A stretch of 64,000 nucleotides of DNA from Chlorokybus atmophyticus (taxonomy: Eukaryota > Plantae > Mesostigma and Chlorokybus algae). Shown piece after piece: positions 32,880 to 47,527 of this stretch. The stretch lies in NCBI GenBank assembly GCA_009103225.1, contig RHPI01002438.1, forward strand, positions 688,755 through 752,754. The letters are read 5' to 3'. The translations under genes were made by a program, and so were the position numbers. The stretch's first letter is position 1. Every line of letters begins with the position of its first letter. The notes below the pieces were generated by a model that saw only the letters and a program-made list of their open reading frames with translations, did not search any database and had not been told where the DNA came from.

Positions 32880-35800
32880 TCATCCGCCTCCGCCTCCGCA
32901 TCCTCCACCTCCACCTCCACATCCACCTCCTCCACCTCCACCTCCACATCCACCTCCTCCACATCCACCTCCTCCACATCCACCTCCACCTCCACCACAA
33001 CCTCCACAACCTCCACAACCGCCGCAACCACCGCAACCGCCGCAGTTCCCGTTGGCGGTGGCCATTACAATGTATGGTGTGGATGCTAATGCCGTCGCAA
33101 AAATGTAATCGGTTCTGGAGGCGCTGAACGGCATTGCTGTTGCTCCCGCATAAGGGAAATAACGATCAGACCCCGCGCCCGCAGAAGTAAGCAACACCTG
33201 TTGCACACAGCGTGCTTGTCATACATGCACATCGCGCATGCGCGCTGCGCAGTGTTGTGGACCCGAGATACACACCCGGATAATGGCTACCTTGGGTGTT
33301 GTTATCACCCAAGGTTGTGCAGTTCCCTCTAATGTGTGCGTGCGCGTGCAAGGCTGTGCGCGGGAGTGCGTGTGGGTGTGGTTGCATGTGTATGGGTACG
33401 TGCAGGTGTACGTGTGCGATGGTGATGGTGCGCACACCTGTCGCTTCTCCATGTCGCGGGCTTGAGCTGGCTGCGTGTTGTTGAGAAGTCTGTGCTGCGG
33501 ATAATTTTGCACGTATTGCCGGTACTCCTCCTGAAGACACAGTTATAAGTTTAATGCTGTGTCCAGGGGATGAGTGTCAGCATTGAAAGTAACTTTTCCG
33601 GGGTGCAACACTGACAACCGATGTATGGCTTGCTCACAATTTCATGTTCGTTTAACTCCTTCGGCACCACAACACGCGATGTGATGAGGCGCAGCACACC
33701 CGCGGTAAACGCAAAGGCCACCAGCTCCGGCACTGCATCATCACACAGCAGAGCAGCAACAACCCTTAACACTTGCATGTTGATCGAGGAAACTATGTCG
33801 TGTGTTAGTATGCAAAGAAATGTGTGTCGTGTCTTTTCTCACCAGCATTGCAGTCGGCAATGTTCAAGTAGCCCAATGTTAGGTCCAAACTGATGTGACC
33901 TCGAATGTCCATCGCTGAGGCGACGTGCCGTGGTTCGCACAGGACTTCAGCTTCTGAACCTGCCTGTTGTACATGCGAAAGACAGCAACAAAGGTCAGGT
34001 TGGACCAAATGCAGACCAATATCATCAACCGCACACCAAATGTTTTATCTGGTTTCACTGCGCCGAACCTTGTGCAGACGAAACGCCTGCAGTTGAAATG
34101 ACCCTGGGTCGCCTGGTATGCCTATCTTGCCTGGTACCCCCCGTTTCCGGGGCTTCTCACCTGGAACACCTGGCACGCACGCGCCGGTAAGCGACAAACC
34201 ACAACATACATAGCCAAGCCACATGCTGCGGTTACATGCTGGACTCTGCTTTACTTACAAAAGCGGTCAATTGTTGGTGCATGCGTGTGAGTGGGCGCAC
34301 GCACTTGCGTGTGTATGCGCTCGTGTGCACATGTGTTCTTACCCCACCGTTTGCCGACCCACATGCCTTTACACACGCCCCAGTCGCCATCGCGGCCACG
34401 AATTATCATCGCGCGCTCGCCATTGGCTTCGTCCAGTGTGACAGTAATCAAACTTGCACCCACTTGCTGCGGCGTCGGGAGCTCATATGGCCCGCTCATG
34501 TGCGCTGTGGCCTCGACTGCGTGCGACTTTACATCTCTCACAATCACACAAGCCCTCGGAGCATGCAGCGGCGAGGGACAGCACCCTGACATGCTTGCAT
34601 CATAGGACACCTGCAGGGAAAAGAGTCCAACGTGTGTATCAATGTGCGAGCGCAACTGTATTTGTGTCCATCTGTGTGTGTGCATGCCTGCAAGCGCACA
34701 CACGCGTGCGTGCGCATGTGTGCATTCATCAATGTCGGTTGCGCATAACCGACAACAAGTGACTGCGACATATGCTTAGTTTTACCTGCACGATGAAGAG
34801 CTCCTTGCCATAAGGATCGCACACGGTGTGCGTGGCGGCATGGCCGCTTACAGGTTTTGCCAGCGCGAGCTGCCCGCATGGCATGCTGACGGTTTGCGTG
34901 CTGTTCTGCTCCACCTGCCATGCACATGGTGGTTGGCAAAGCTGTCACAACACCTTTGCCATCTGTACAGCATTCAAGCTGTACAGTGTATTGTCGTCAA
35001 AAGGGATGAGCGTACCGCAAAGATGTCTTGAAGGTTGCAGGGTGCGAACGCACCGTTCACCACTTTCAACAGCAAGCCGCAGCGTGTGCCCTGAAGGCTA
35101 CTCGCAGCGTTGTCTATGCACAACGCAACACGTGTGTGTACATTGACTGCTGCAATGAACAACAACAGCAACAATGGTATCAACAAACCTGCGATTGCAA
35201 TCGCTGACTTTTTGTCGACTGATGGAGCAACCGTCACGCGATACTCGCCGGCGCTTGTGCTAACAGCCATCCGATGTGGCCACGCAGCCGCACCGCTCAG
35301 CAAGTCACGAACGGAAAGTGACGGGAGCCTCGTGTGCGTGCCAAAGCTCACATGCATGGCGTTGTGCGCACCCGTGTGCAAGAGCTTGTTAACCACAAAC
35401 CTCCACTTGACGGTTTTGCCCCACTTCCTCCAGCCGACACGCTTGACGCCACGCATGCTCCTGACCCAGCTGGGAACAGCGGGTGTGAGCTCGTCGTAGT
35501 TGCGTGGACTTGGCGTGTGCATTGCAGACGGGATGGCAAGACGGCATTTCAAGCCGGTCCATTGGCGCGCAGGCTTCTCCACAATCACAGTGATCGCAGA
35601 GACGGCAGCGGCGAGGTCTGCAATCGGAAGCATTAGCATGTGCATGAGCTGCTGCTCACATTGGCTCAGACATGCATGTATGCCACCCCACCAACCAACC
35701 TTGGGTGTATTGTGTTCTGGCGCCAACGCTGCCGAGTGTTGTGGCAGGATCGCCCCGCAGCATGCTCCCGTTGGTCTCATACACGTCCGTAAACCGTTCA

Positions 35801-37351
35801 GCCCACAGCTTGCGTACAGCCTGCATGTGGACACAGAGAGGGGTTGCAGCTGATGTACTCACAACTTTGTACACTCAATCAACGGTGTGCAAGCTGAGGC
35901 CAGAGCGGAGTGCTTACTGTGGCGGCATCGCTGAGTCGAGACCCTGGAGTCCTATCGTTGAGGGTGTCGTCATGCTTGAACACCTTGCCGGCCCACTCTG
36001 CAGTCTCGAGGGCATACAGTGTTGGATGCAGCATGTGTGCGTGCCACACCAGATCGATGTCGTAGGTCGGTGCCAAACGAACTCCAGGATTCGTGGCATG
36101 CAAGTAGCAGAAGCGTCGGTACCGCTGCACTGCCGTGGGCAAAAACACTTGCGTGTCTGCATAGTGCGGAAGCGTCACCTGCACAAGTACAAAGCATAAG
36201 CCAAACTTGCTAAGTTGGGCAGGCTGTTTACGGCGTGCAGTTTGCAACACATGCATGCGAGGCCTGCAAGCTTCGTGTGCATATCAGCCCGAGGCGTGTG
36301 CACATGCGTACGTATACGCATCCACTACGCACAAGCACACACACCTGGTAGATGAAAGCAGCTTGGCGCAATGCTGCCGCCTTGATATCATACTTGAACT
36401 GTGACACGAACTTTGCCGCAACACCGCTTGCGTTTGACCCATCAGCCTGGAGTTCGAAAGGTACGCCAGGGTACTGTTCCTCCCAGGCAACGCGCGCACG
36501 CTGTTGCGCATGCAGGCGCTCCCCGCGTCCGAGCAGCGCGTGGTCCAGCAATTTGCCAAACACATGCTGCGTGTCGGAGGCGTAGATGGTCGGCGATAGC
36601 ATGTGGCATTGCCACACCCATTGCACGTCCACTGGTGGGACAATGGTTGTGGGCTGCTTGGAGCCGCCTGCAGAGGAAATGCCGGTGGGTCGTTGATAAC
36701 AACAACAGCAACAGCAACACCAACAACGAGTTAAATAACAACATCAATAACAACAACCAACACAACACAAGGCCAATAACAACAGCAGCAGCAGCAGCAG
36801 CAGCAACAGAACAGGCAACTGCCAGCGATGCTCGCTACTTGTCTCAAACCAACACAGCTATCAAACAAGCAGTCATAGTAGCACACTGCTGCTGGGCATT
36901 GAGCTAGGCTGCAGCTCACTCGCTAAAAGAGGCAGCCAGTAGGCTTCATAGCGGTGCAAAGCCGCAGCCAGCTGGGGGCCGTCTTTCAACAGACTCGGCA
37001 GGGTCAATGCAACCTGAAAGCAAGCGACACGGTGTCAGTGGCAATAAGCATTGAGCGTTGCCACCTAAGCTGCAAGTGTTCAATTGTGGGGCGGGGCTGT
37101 GTTACAAGCTTGCAAACAGCAAAGGCACGTACCTCAAGGAGTTGCTCTCTGAGCCTGGCTGCTGCGGCGGTCAAGTCCAGAGAAGACTGCACATGTGCCA
37201 GGTGAGAGTAAGCTCAAGTATTACTTAAAGCTTCAGCAAAGCGCAGTTCATCAACTTCTACAGACAGCAGCATGTAGAGCTGTGCGGTGTCTGGCCTCAA
37301 CGTTCTTACCCGTATGCTGTCAAACCTGGAGTCTGGCTGACGTAGGAACAT
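32880..37351 (-). CDS. Glycine-rich domain-containing protein (GRDP1/2-like, DUF1399), copy A, multi-exon
   Basis: MFLRQPDSRFDSIR|SSLDLTAAAARLREQLLE...WQCHMLSP...YDIKAAALRQAAFIYQV...LAPTYDIDLVWHAHMLHP...FKHDDT...KLWAERF; long (GGC/GCG)n Gly-Cys tail ending at TGA 32880. Exons I checked are open. Confidence 0.85.
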
Positions 37352-39949
37352 TGTCCGGCCTGGTTTGGTCTGGTCGGATCGCCTCGGCTGCCAGTCTACA
37401 GCTGGCGCTATGCTGCTGTGGAATGCAGCTAGTTAATTACCCTGGCAACAGCATGTCGCTTATCTATGCGGAGCATGCGGAGCATGCGGACTGCTGCCGG
37501 TTGGGACCAAGGCTTGGGCCTCTGGCACGGATTGCTCAGGCATTGGAGTGGATTGCTCAGCAAAGCCGCTTTGCTCAGCCGAGAGGATGTGGCGGTTACA
37601 AGCAGAATATACTTCTTGTTGAAAAGATTTCATCGTAACTACCTGTTTGCATTTACCAATGCATGCAAAATCGAGGTAGTTGGTGCCATGCTCAGCATAC
37701 ATGATAGACAAAAACATGTTGTGGCTACTTACACCACACGATGTATACCGAAAGAATTGCTACTTAGAATGTACGGGTACACGTACATACATAAACAACT
37801 ATACACCGATACACCTATTGGCTACAAGTAACGAGTCATGAGTATGGTCGCTTAACATATTGCATTCAACATAGTACTAATGAGATGCAAAGTGTACTAC
37901 ATCAAAGTGTCGATTGTTGAAAATTTGTAAACAAGTGTAAGATATACGTGACAGTGATATCACAAGTGTCTTGCAATTGTTTATAAAATACAGCAACCGA
38001 CGCTTGTATATGATCACAAGGGGCGCAAATTAGCGTGATGTTGCAAAAAAAGTTGTAAGAAGGGTTGGCCTCGGTTTGTTTTTACTTCGTCAAACCCCCA
38101 TTAAAGTATGCATTTTTATTTATGATTATTATAGTGCATACTTTTGTTAAGCCATGTACTATCTGGTAAGTACTTTGTGGTTATTGAAGTGCAAACTATT
38201 ATTGAGACATATAACATGTGGTAATCATTTATACAATATCCTTTCAACACTACTTTCTTTATGAAGATTCTACGGCATCACGGTGCAAGCAATTGCCAAG
38301 CAAAATTGACTTCACAGCAGAGCAACAATAATCAACGCACATCATGTGCATAATACATGCTAGCTATTGAAGCTCAACTATAGTCTAAGCTTGTGACATC
38401 AACCATACATGTCCACCATACTCGTTCTTGTAATGCAGTGTTTATCATTCAAAGAACATTGCCTGATTAGGCACATGACGTACAATGGTATTTCTATTGT
38501 AATTATATATAATGATTGAATAACTACAATTGACATGTATATTGGGACATTTGTTGATACACCATAATGTAATGCAATGCATATCTTTTATGCGTTACGA
38601 AAGCCGCCTTACAACCATTTTTAATTTATATAATAAATGTAATCAGTTACGTAACGGTGCAAATTTGTTTTGTGTATGTTAAGCACGTGAGTTAATATGA
38701 CAACATTGCGCGACATGTTGACAGCATCGTGATAGCCAATTTCAGATATAACTCAACAAACCGAGGGAGATGCACGGAGACAGCACTGCTATGTTATATT
38801 AATTGCGGCTGTCAACAAAGATTCCGCTTCCTTTACTGTGAATGGCGACCAGCTCATATGAGCTATTCAACAAAACACCTGCAACGAGCGCACACTGTTA
38901 ACTCGCATTGGGTAATGCTGTGCATGGCTGTTAATAATTATAAGTATCAACCATGCTTCTTTTACATGGCGTGCTGGACATTACAGGCAAAGTGATGCAG
39001 GCGTGCTTAACCATGATCTCATTGACCGCCAACACAATGCCTAGAGATGCACAGAGTTGGTTACTAAAAAAACGCCCATCCTCGTGCGGGTCTTCTTTAA
39101 ACGCTTCAGCCCGAGAAAGCGCTCGAGCTGCTACCAACTCAATGCAAAGCTGCTCAGCTGGCTTGGGTTCCATTCCATTGGCCAAACTCTTGAAGTTGGT
39201 TTTTGTAGTATGATCGTTCCATTAATAAGTTCATTTGTTAACGTTGCAAGAATGACAGTGGACTGTATATGCCAAGCTAGACTAGCGGGGCTATGTGTAT
39301 GAAGTGTAAAGCAGGGCAAAGAGGGCGGCGGGCTATATTTGCAGGAGTAGAGGAGGAGGAAATGGGAGGCTACGTTTATATATTACACTTCGCATTGCGG
39401 TTATCAACGTGTTTACTACATTATGTACAACATAAATATTTTTACCTTATTCAGTGTAGCAAATGATTGACATAGATGTCGTATACTTATGCATCCAAGA
39501 TTAAGCTATGCGTACATATAACAATTTTGGCGTAAGTATTACGCTTGATAAACAGATGTTTTAGTTAAGAAGCTCATGCATGCACTTTGCAAACGAAATA
39601 TTGACGTGTGCGCATCATACATATAATAACGTGTGCGCATTCAATGGTACTGCCATGAAGCATACATGTCATGCATCTAACATGTTACAACCGCTGCGGG
39701 AATGATTGTATGTATCTTATTACAGGGTTTATGAACGCATGAGATTCTTACACAAAGGAATCACTCATATGTGGTAATCAAGCAATAGCATAATATCATA
39801 ATGCGACCTCAACACCGTCGACATCCATAGAGGGGATGATTTTGTTATATTCATTACTTATGCTTACATATATCATGAATACACGATTGAGTCAATCATG
39901 TGTTCATGAACACAAGTTGTGTTTTATATTTGTCGCAAAATGGTACTCC

Positions 39950-42081
39950 TAACGTCCGATGAAACAAACAGGACGGCCATGGGTCTGAGGATACTCACAT
40001 AAATTGTCGTCGTTCAATCTACCCGCTGACCTGATGGAAGCGACATACGTCGCAATATTTTTCCCCTGCCGGCCGACACATTATTGGCAACAGCCGTGCA
40101 CCTGAGGATACTTATGTAGACTGTCGTGGCTCAGTCCACCTGTAATCTCGATACAGGGACCTGAGTATAACGGCCGTCCCCGGCTGTTTGCACAAAGGGA
40201 CTGACTTGGACGGACAGGTACCTGTCAGTTACATACGTTAGACAAAAGGGACTTAACCTAATTAACCGGTACCTTTTAGCTAGGTGCAGTTAATGTACCG
40301 GCGACTGTACACTAACTCAGGGTGACTAACAGGTACCTCATGGTACCATTTCCCAACCGACCGTTATTAGGTACATCCAAAAGTACCTGTTAGTACCGTT
40401 CAGGTCAAGATTGGATACTTGAATGCGTGACAAGCAAGACGGCGACTGAAATAAAAAAAATACAATATATTGCAAGTTATAAAAGTCTTACAATGTATGC
40501 ACAATCTGAACTACCTATTGTGAGCTTCTACTACTAGTACAACTACCCTAGTCCAAGACCTTAATAGACACCGGCGCTCCTGCACCGCGCTCCACCTTCG
40601 CCGTCGCTCCTTATCCACCGCCGCTCCTGCAAAGCACAAGGCAATTAATCAAGCGCGGTCAACAGCAATATACACAACCTTCACACTCGCATGATGTTGC
40701 TTACTATACCGCCGCCGCCGCCGCCGCCGCCGCCCAGCGCTCACCTGTTCAACACTTCAAGCCGTAGAGCGTTTGGATGACTGGGGCTGCTCAAGTCATT
40801 CAAACACTCAACGGTACAATGGCACCGTCGTACCATTCAAATGATACGATTATGTCACTATAGCAATGGACATTTTGTGCCATTAATATGGTACGATAAT
40901 TGCATTGTACCACCATCCCGACTTACCGGCATTTCTCGCCGACATATAGGGACGGGCGGTAACTTGCTTGCATAACCGTTAGGTCGCCGCCGCATTCAGT
41001 GCACGACCGGCGGTCGGCCGTCACTTAATAAACGTGGTAAGGTCACCTGATAGGGACTAACGGTAACTGGCTTGCCATAGTAGGCAGGCCGTCGCGCATA
41101 CTTTCCGACGGTCAGCGTACGACCGACGGTCGGCCGTCACAGTATGTGACCAAAATGTGACTTATTTGCTATACAGATTGGTCGCCATCGCGCAAATAAG
41201 ACGACCGACAATCGGCCGTCACCTCAAAATGCGGTGTTGCCGTCACAAGCAGGCCGCCGTCGTTTATACCTATCGGCCGACCGCTTGCCATTGGTATATG
41301 TTGCTTCGTAGTAACGGCCGTCCTAAAAAGTCCCTTCATAGACCAATTCGTTACGTCAAGTAGGATCAGGAAGGGTCAGGCACCCGTCAGTCCCTCAGTC
41401 CCTTGTCAATCATCGTGTAAAATTTGTGACGTAAGGTACGGCCGTCACCATCAGTCGGCGGCCGTCTACAGAAAAGGACTGAACCTAACTGATAAGTAAC
41501 TAAGTGATACCTAACAGTTAAGTACCGGTTAGCGACTGTACTTTTAAGAATACCCATCAATCAAGCAAAAGGTACTTGGCGTAACTGACAAGTAACCAAC
41601 CGGTACCTAACAGTTGGGTATCGGTTAGCGGCTGTACATTAACTGGTTGTGCCTTACAGGCACCTCATAATACCTGCCGTTACTGAAGTGTGCCTGCAAA
41701 GGTACCGGTTAGGTACCGGTTAGTCATAATCAGATACCCAATAATGAGTCGTCATCAATCATTAAAACAATCATATCACACATATATTGCAAATCATACT
41801 GGTACTGCTATAACATGAACTAGCATGAACCACTATTAGTACTACTACTACTACCACCGCGAAAAACTTTATACAACCATGTATGGCGCGGACGTCCGCA
41901 CCAGGGGGCAATAGCAGGTGGTGGAAGCCGCGAACCAGAGTCAAAACCTGGCGTACAACTGCGAAAACCAACCATGGTTAAATTTTTCACAATTGTCACC
42001 GCTGGCGCACCAATTTCCGCACCAGGGTACACGGCACCCATGCAGTCAGACAATACGAGGTACCAGATACCTTACCTCATT
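39950..42081. repeat. Internally repetitive non-coding insertion (probable non-autonomous transposon) replacing the 3' end of GRDP copy B
   Basis: Seven CGGCCGTC motifs (40171, 41015, 41131, 41213, 41315, 41439, 41459), many GGTACC/GTACC, and two degenerate ~350-bp direct repeats (about 40165-40520 and 41440-41800). Homology of copy B to copy C stops abruptly at 42082. Left boundary approximate. Confidence 0.55.
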
Positions 42082-43453
42082 CAGCGCATATGTTAAGCAT
42101 GCACACAACGCGCATGCACTTATGTTTTGTGTCCTGGAAGACGTTATGTTCTCCTTTCCTGCGTGTGTGCGCCAAGGGTGCGTGGGCGTGTGTTTGGAAG
42201 TGTGCGTATGTGCGCCATGGTGAGATTTGGTTGCTCACATCTGCAGTGTCTGTTCCATGGCTGGCTTCATCACTTCGCTGCCATTCAGGACACGCCTCTG
42301 TGCGTTGTTCCGATAATCCTCCTGAAGACACAGTCTCATTATACATTTTTATCGTGGTGCAAGGATGAATGCCAGCACTTAGAACAGCAGTAATGTGTTG
42401 GGACGCGAAACTAATAGACAATGCTTGTTCGTTCTGCTCACGATTTCCTGTTCCGTCAGCTCCTTTGCTACTGCAACTCGCTGTGAGACGAAGCGCAGCA
42501 CGGCCATGGCAAACACGAAGGCCATTAGCTCCGGAACTGCATCAACAACAGTTCAAAGCAGACTGATGTGCATGCTAATATGTAGCAAGGACGTGTTTAT
42601 ATGCAAGGATGTCTTTTGTCTCACCAGCATCGCCGTTCGTGATATCCAAGTACCCCCGTGCTAAGTCCACACGGATGCACTTGGCAACCTCTATTGCTGA
42701 GGTGACGTTTTGCGGTTCGCACAGGGCTTCGACTTCTGACCCTGCCTGTGGACATGCGAGCAAAAGGCTCATGCTCATCCGTAATGCAGGCAAGTAGCAT
42801 GCGCCATCAGAAGCAGGGTTGGCTTATTTATGGTGTCGCTGCGTCGACGTACCTTGCGCAGACGAAACGTCTGCAGTTGAAGTAACCCTGGGATGCCTGG
42901 GATGCCTGGCCTGCCAGGTACCCCGGGTAACAGGCTCTTCTCACCTAAAACACCTGGCGCGCAAGTTGGTCAGCGACAAATAAACATTCAAGCCACATGA
43001 TGCCGTTCCTGTTCTTGGACTCTTGTCTAGTTGGAGACAGTGAATAGTGTGTGTGCATGTGTGTGTGTGCGCATGCGCGCATGCATGTGTGTATGTGTGT
43101 GCGTGCAGGCTTGTATGCGTGCATGCATGCGTGCGTGCACTGCACATGAATGTGTCCTGACCCTTCTATTTGCCAACCCACGTGCCTTTACACACGAGCC
43201 AGTCGCCGCCGCGGCCGCAAATGATCATCGCACGCTCGCCAATCGCTTGTCCAGTGTGACAGCGATCAACCTCGAGGCCACTTGCTGCGGCGTGGGGAGC
43301 TCGTACGGCCCGCTCAAGTGCGCTGTGGCCTCCACTGCGTGCAACTTTGCATCTCTCACAATCATGCGGGCCCTCGAACCATGCAGCGGTGGCGCAGGAG
43401 AGCACTCTGATGTCGTACTCTAGTCATATGACACCTGAAGTGAGAGAGTCCTA

Positions 43454-43525
<72 letters not shown>

Positions 43526-46220
43526 GGCGTGCGCTTGCGCATGACTTCTGTGCTTGTGCTTGTGCGTGCCTGCAAGCGTATGTCTCTCTGTGCGCACGCT
43601 CACTTGTGTGTGCGCACGTTTGTGTACGCATTTACCATCAGTTGCATACATTTTTTGCACAACGGCAGTCACTGCAAGAATGCTTGGTATTACCTGCACT
43701 GTGAAAAGCGCCTTGCCATGGACGATGTGTGTGGCGGCATGGCCGCTTGTAGCCGTAGACACTGCGAACTGTCCGTCTAAGAGGCTTATCATCTGAGCGC
43801 TGTCTGGCTCCACCTGCCATGAAGGTTGCAAGATGTCTTGAAGGTTGCAGGACACAAACGCCTTGTTCACCATTTCCAACAGCAATCCGCAGGGTGTGCC
43901 CGGATTGTTCCTTTTGTTGTCTGCGCACAACTAACTGCACATCTGTTAATGCCAACGGCAACAACAATGACAACGACAACAACAGACCTGCGGGTTTGTG
44001 TGCTGTCTTAACATTTATGGACTGAACAAGCGTCACACGACAATCGCCAGCGCTCGCGCTCGCAGCCCCATGGCTCAGCAAGTCGCGAACGGACAGCGAT
44101 GGGAGCTTGATGCTCATACCAAAGTTCGCGTTGATGGTGTCGTGAAGACTCGTGTGCAAGCACGTGTTAAGCTCGAACCTCCACGCGCAAGTGCTGCCCC
44201 ACTTCCTGTCGCCGGTGCAATTGACGCCGCGCATGCCTTTTATCCAGTCGGGAACAGCGGGTTGTGTGGGCAGATTGTGGTCGCGTGGGTTGGATGTGCG
44301 TACTGTGAACGGGATCATAAGTTGGCAGCTCAAGCTGCTCCATTTACTTGAAGGCTTCTCTAACATTACAATGATCGCAGGCATGAAAGCAAAAAGGTCG
44401 GCAATATGATAGATGAGATCAGCCATCGCTCACTGCGCCGCACATGCATGTGCGTGCGTGCGTGCGTGCGTGCGCGCGTGTGGGCGGGTGGGTGAATTTG
44501 CATGCGTGTGCGCGTTTGTGCGTTTGGTATACGCACGCACATGTACAATTCGTCCAGCCAACTAACCTTGGATGGTTTGTGTTTTGGCGCTACCGCTGCC
44601 AACTGAGGTCGCAGGGTTGCCCCGCATCATGCCCCCGTTTACTTCGTACTCGTCTGTGAAGCACTCGGCCCACAGCTTGCATGCGGCCTGTGGACACAGA
44701 GAGGGGTTGCGCCAACTACACACACACGCACACAATTGCGTACCCTCTTTAAACAGGGTGCATGTTAAGCAAAGAGCAGTATGCTTACTGTGGCAGCGCA
44801 GTTGAGTTGGGAGCCTGAAGTGCAGTCGTTTAGGGTCTCGTTGTGAGTGCACAACTTCCCGGCCCTTTGTGCTTTCTCGGTGGCGTACACGTAATTGGGT
44901 GCATCATGTGCGCGTGCCACACCAGATCGATGTCGCATGTCGGTGCCAAACATACGCTTGCATTCATGGCGTGCAAATAGCAGAACTAGAACTGCCGGTA
45001 GGGCTCCACTGCTGCGAGCAAGAACACTTTGGTGTCGCAATAGTGCGGAAGTGCTACCTGCACAAGGAAAAGGCATGATCCACCTACATGCTTGTTCAGC
45101 AGGCTGTCACAAGCGTGCAGGTTGCATGAACATGCATGAACAACTGGGTGTTTTCTGTGTATGGCCCTTGGTGTATGTGCGCATGCATAAATACATGCAG
45201 ACACGCACATGCACACGCATACTTACCAACACAAGCACAAGCACCCATACACGCACTCACTTGCGCGTGTGCGCATGCATGCAAGCATCCAGTTGCACAC
45301 CAGCACACGCACCTGGTAAATGAACGCGGCTTGGCGCGATGCCGCCGCCTTCATGTCACAATCAAACTGCGACACAAATGTTGCCGCAACATTGCTCGCA
45401 CCGGACCCATCGGGCTGAACCTCGAAGGGCACGCCGGGGTAACGTTCCTCCCAGGCAGCGCGCGCACGCTGCTGTGCATGCAGGCGCTCCCCGACATCGA
45501 GCAGCGTGGTCCAAGACCAGGCCGGACACGCGCTGCATGTCGGAGGCATAGCTCGTGGGCGACAGCGTTGGGCACCCATTGCACGTCCACCGGAGGGGCA
45601 ATAGATGTGGGCTTTTCAGAGGCGCCTGCAGGGCAATTGCTGCTGAGAATGTACTACTCCTGTTGTCTAGTAGACAACAGCGACAACAGCAGCAATAACA
45701 GAAACGGCAACTTTCAGCAGTGTTCATTACAGCTGCTGAGTAGTGAGTGAGGCTGCAACTCACTTGCTGTAAGCGGCAGCCAGTAGGCTTCGTAGCGGCA
45801 AAGCCGCAGCCAGCTGGGCCGTCTTGCAACAGACTCGGCTGGGACAGTGCAACCTGAAAGCAAGCGGCATGTGAGAACGGTAACAAGTATTGAGTGGTGG
45901 AGCGTTCAATCAATGTACCATTGTTGATTGTGACATAACAGCATAACAGCGTACTGCCTTTGAATGAAGCGGCACCAGTACCACGAGCTGGCCATCAGCG
46001 GCAGCAGCAATGCACGCACCTCAAGCAGCTGGCTTCTCAGCCTGGCTGCAGCGGCGGTCAAGTCCACAGAAGACTGCACACATCCAAGTGAACAAAGTAG
46101 CAAAACACCCATACATCAGATTGGCATGCTACTTAGCAGCAAGCACATCTGTGTGCCGTGTAGGGGCAATGCACGTACCCGTATCCTGACAAAGCTAGAG
46201 TCTGGTTGGTGGAGGGGCAT
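42082..46220 (-). pseudogene. GRDP/DUF1399 copy B, pseudogene (frameshifts, last exon lost)
   Basis: Start MPLHQPDSSFVRIR at 46220. Relative to copy C there is an 8-nt net deletion at about 45563-45572 that removes the WQCH motif and a 2-nt deletion at about 45505. The terminal Gly-rich exon is absent. Confidence 0.8.
43457..43522. repeat. (GT)33 microsatellite in an intron of GRDP copy B
   Basis: Direct count. Confidence 0.97.
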
Positions 46221-47227
46221 GGTCCGACCTGGCCTGGGCTGGACCGGTCGTCTCTGCAGGCTACCGCTTGCAACCTGTTGGGATGCACTGCGGAGAGAAC
46301 AAGCATGGTCTCACGCAAGCAGCAACAACAACAGCAATGCCGCAGCTGCTCATCAGCTTGAAGCTTGGAGCATCACCAAATAACATCTTGCAAGGAGGCC
46401 CGGAACACAAACAGGTGGTTCGTGTCTCTGGGGTTTGCGGAGTAGGGGCGTTGCCAGACAGCTAGCCAATGTCATGGCGCATTGCTAAGCCGTGGGGACT
46501 ACCAGCCACTACCAGTAGTTTGCGCATGCACGACGAAGCGCAACACAAGTGAGTTTAAGACTTACCAGTACATGCCGTGGTAGCATGGACGATTTGTCAG
46601 GTAGAAACTTTTATTACAGTTGTCGACGAAGTCACGAAACACATAGCTAGATTTTCGATGGAACCATTTACTTTGTATCTTTGTTATACTCTTGATTTCG
46701 CATTCAATTAGCTAGTTTAATGGCAATGCTGTAGACTGGTGGATACAATGTACGATCATGTTCAAGTTTTATGACAATTCACAACCTTAAACCATTTGAA
46801 CCATAAGGACATGTCTATTTTCAAACATGCTTTGCTATCACATACAACACCTAGATATTATGTCAATGATTTATCTCACAACATCATGTTGTGACATGCA
46901 TTGCATGCATGATGATCATGCATGCATTGCATTAGAATGATGTATTGCATGGATTATGTTAAATAACAGACTTTAGCTCTACCATACACGAGTAAACCGT
47001 CAACTCAAATGATTTCATTGATACGAAAGTCCATTGCACGGCACACATGCATACGCACATGCAGATTGGGTGGACTCCACCCCACCTGCCTCGCACCTAT
47101 TTGGTCGGCACTCACGCATATTGTTTGCACTTACTGAAGTTGATATGCTTTTACAATGTGTTTCATATGAGTGTGCTAAAACCGTATTGTTCTGACGGTC
47201 GGGTTCAACCTGCTCCACCCCGTTGCA

Positions 47228-47527
47228 GTGGATGGCGACGATGCTTTTGAGTATGAGGTGGAAGCAATCCTGAGTTACCGTAAGCCTCGACGCGGACGCG
47301 CGCCGTCTTACTTTATGAAATGGAAAGGGTGTGATGTTGAGCACAACACGAAGGAGCCCGAAAAGAATCTTACCAACTGCCAAGAGATTCTTCGGTGGTA
47401 CTGGAGTGCTGTGTCCACACGCGGATGGGAAAAGGGTGCTGGTAGACATCTTTACCGCTTCGGCCCTCGTTCTCTCACTGCTTTGGTTTTTAGTGCTCAT
47501 GGTGGGGGTTTGCTAACCCTTCAATGA
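47228..47527 (+). pseudogene. Chromodomain-coding 3' remnant of a chromovirus (Ty3/Gypsy) pol
   Basis: PAPPVAVDGDDAFEYEVEAILSYRKPRRGRAPSYFMKWKG.DVEHNTKEPEKNLTNCQEIL, followed by a G-run PPT at about 47545-47557 and LTR-like sequence. Confidence 0.85.

Noticed and set aside
38931-39185. Protein-like 84-aa ORF (…ARALSRAEAFKEDPHEDGRFFSNQLCASLG…) in AT-rich DNA
   Set aside because: Short, isolated, no family recognised, no splice context.
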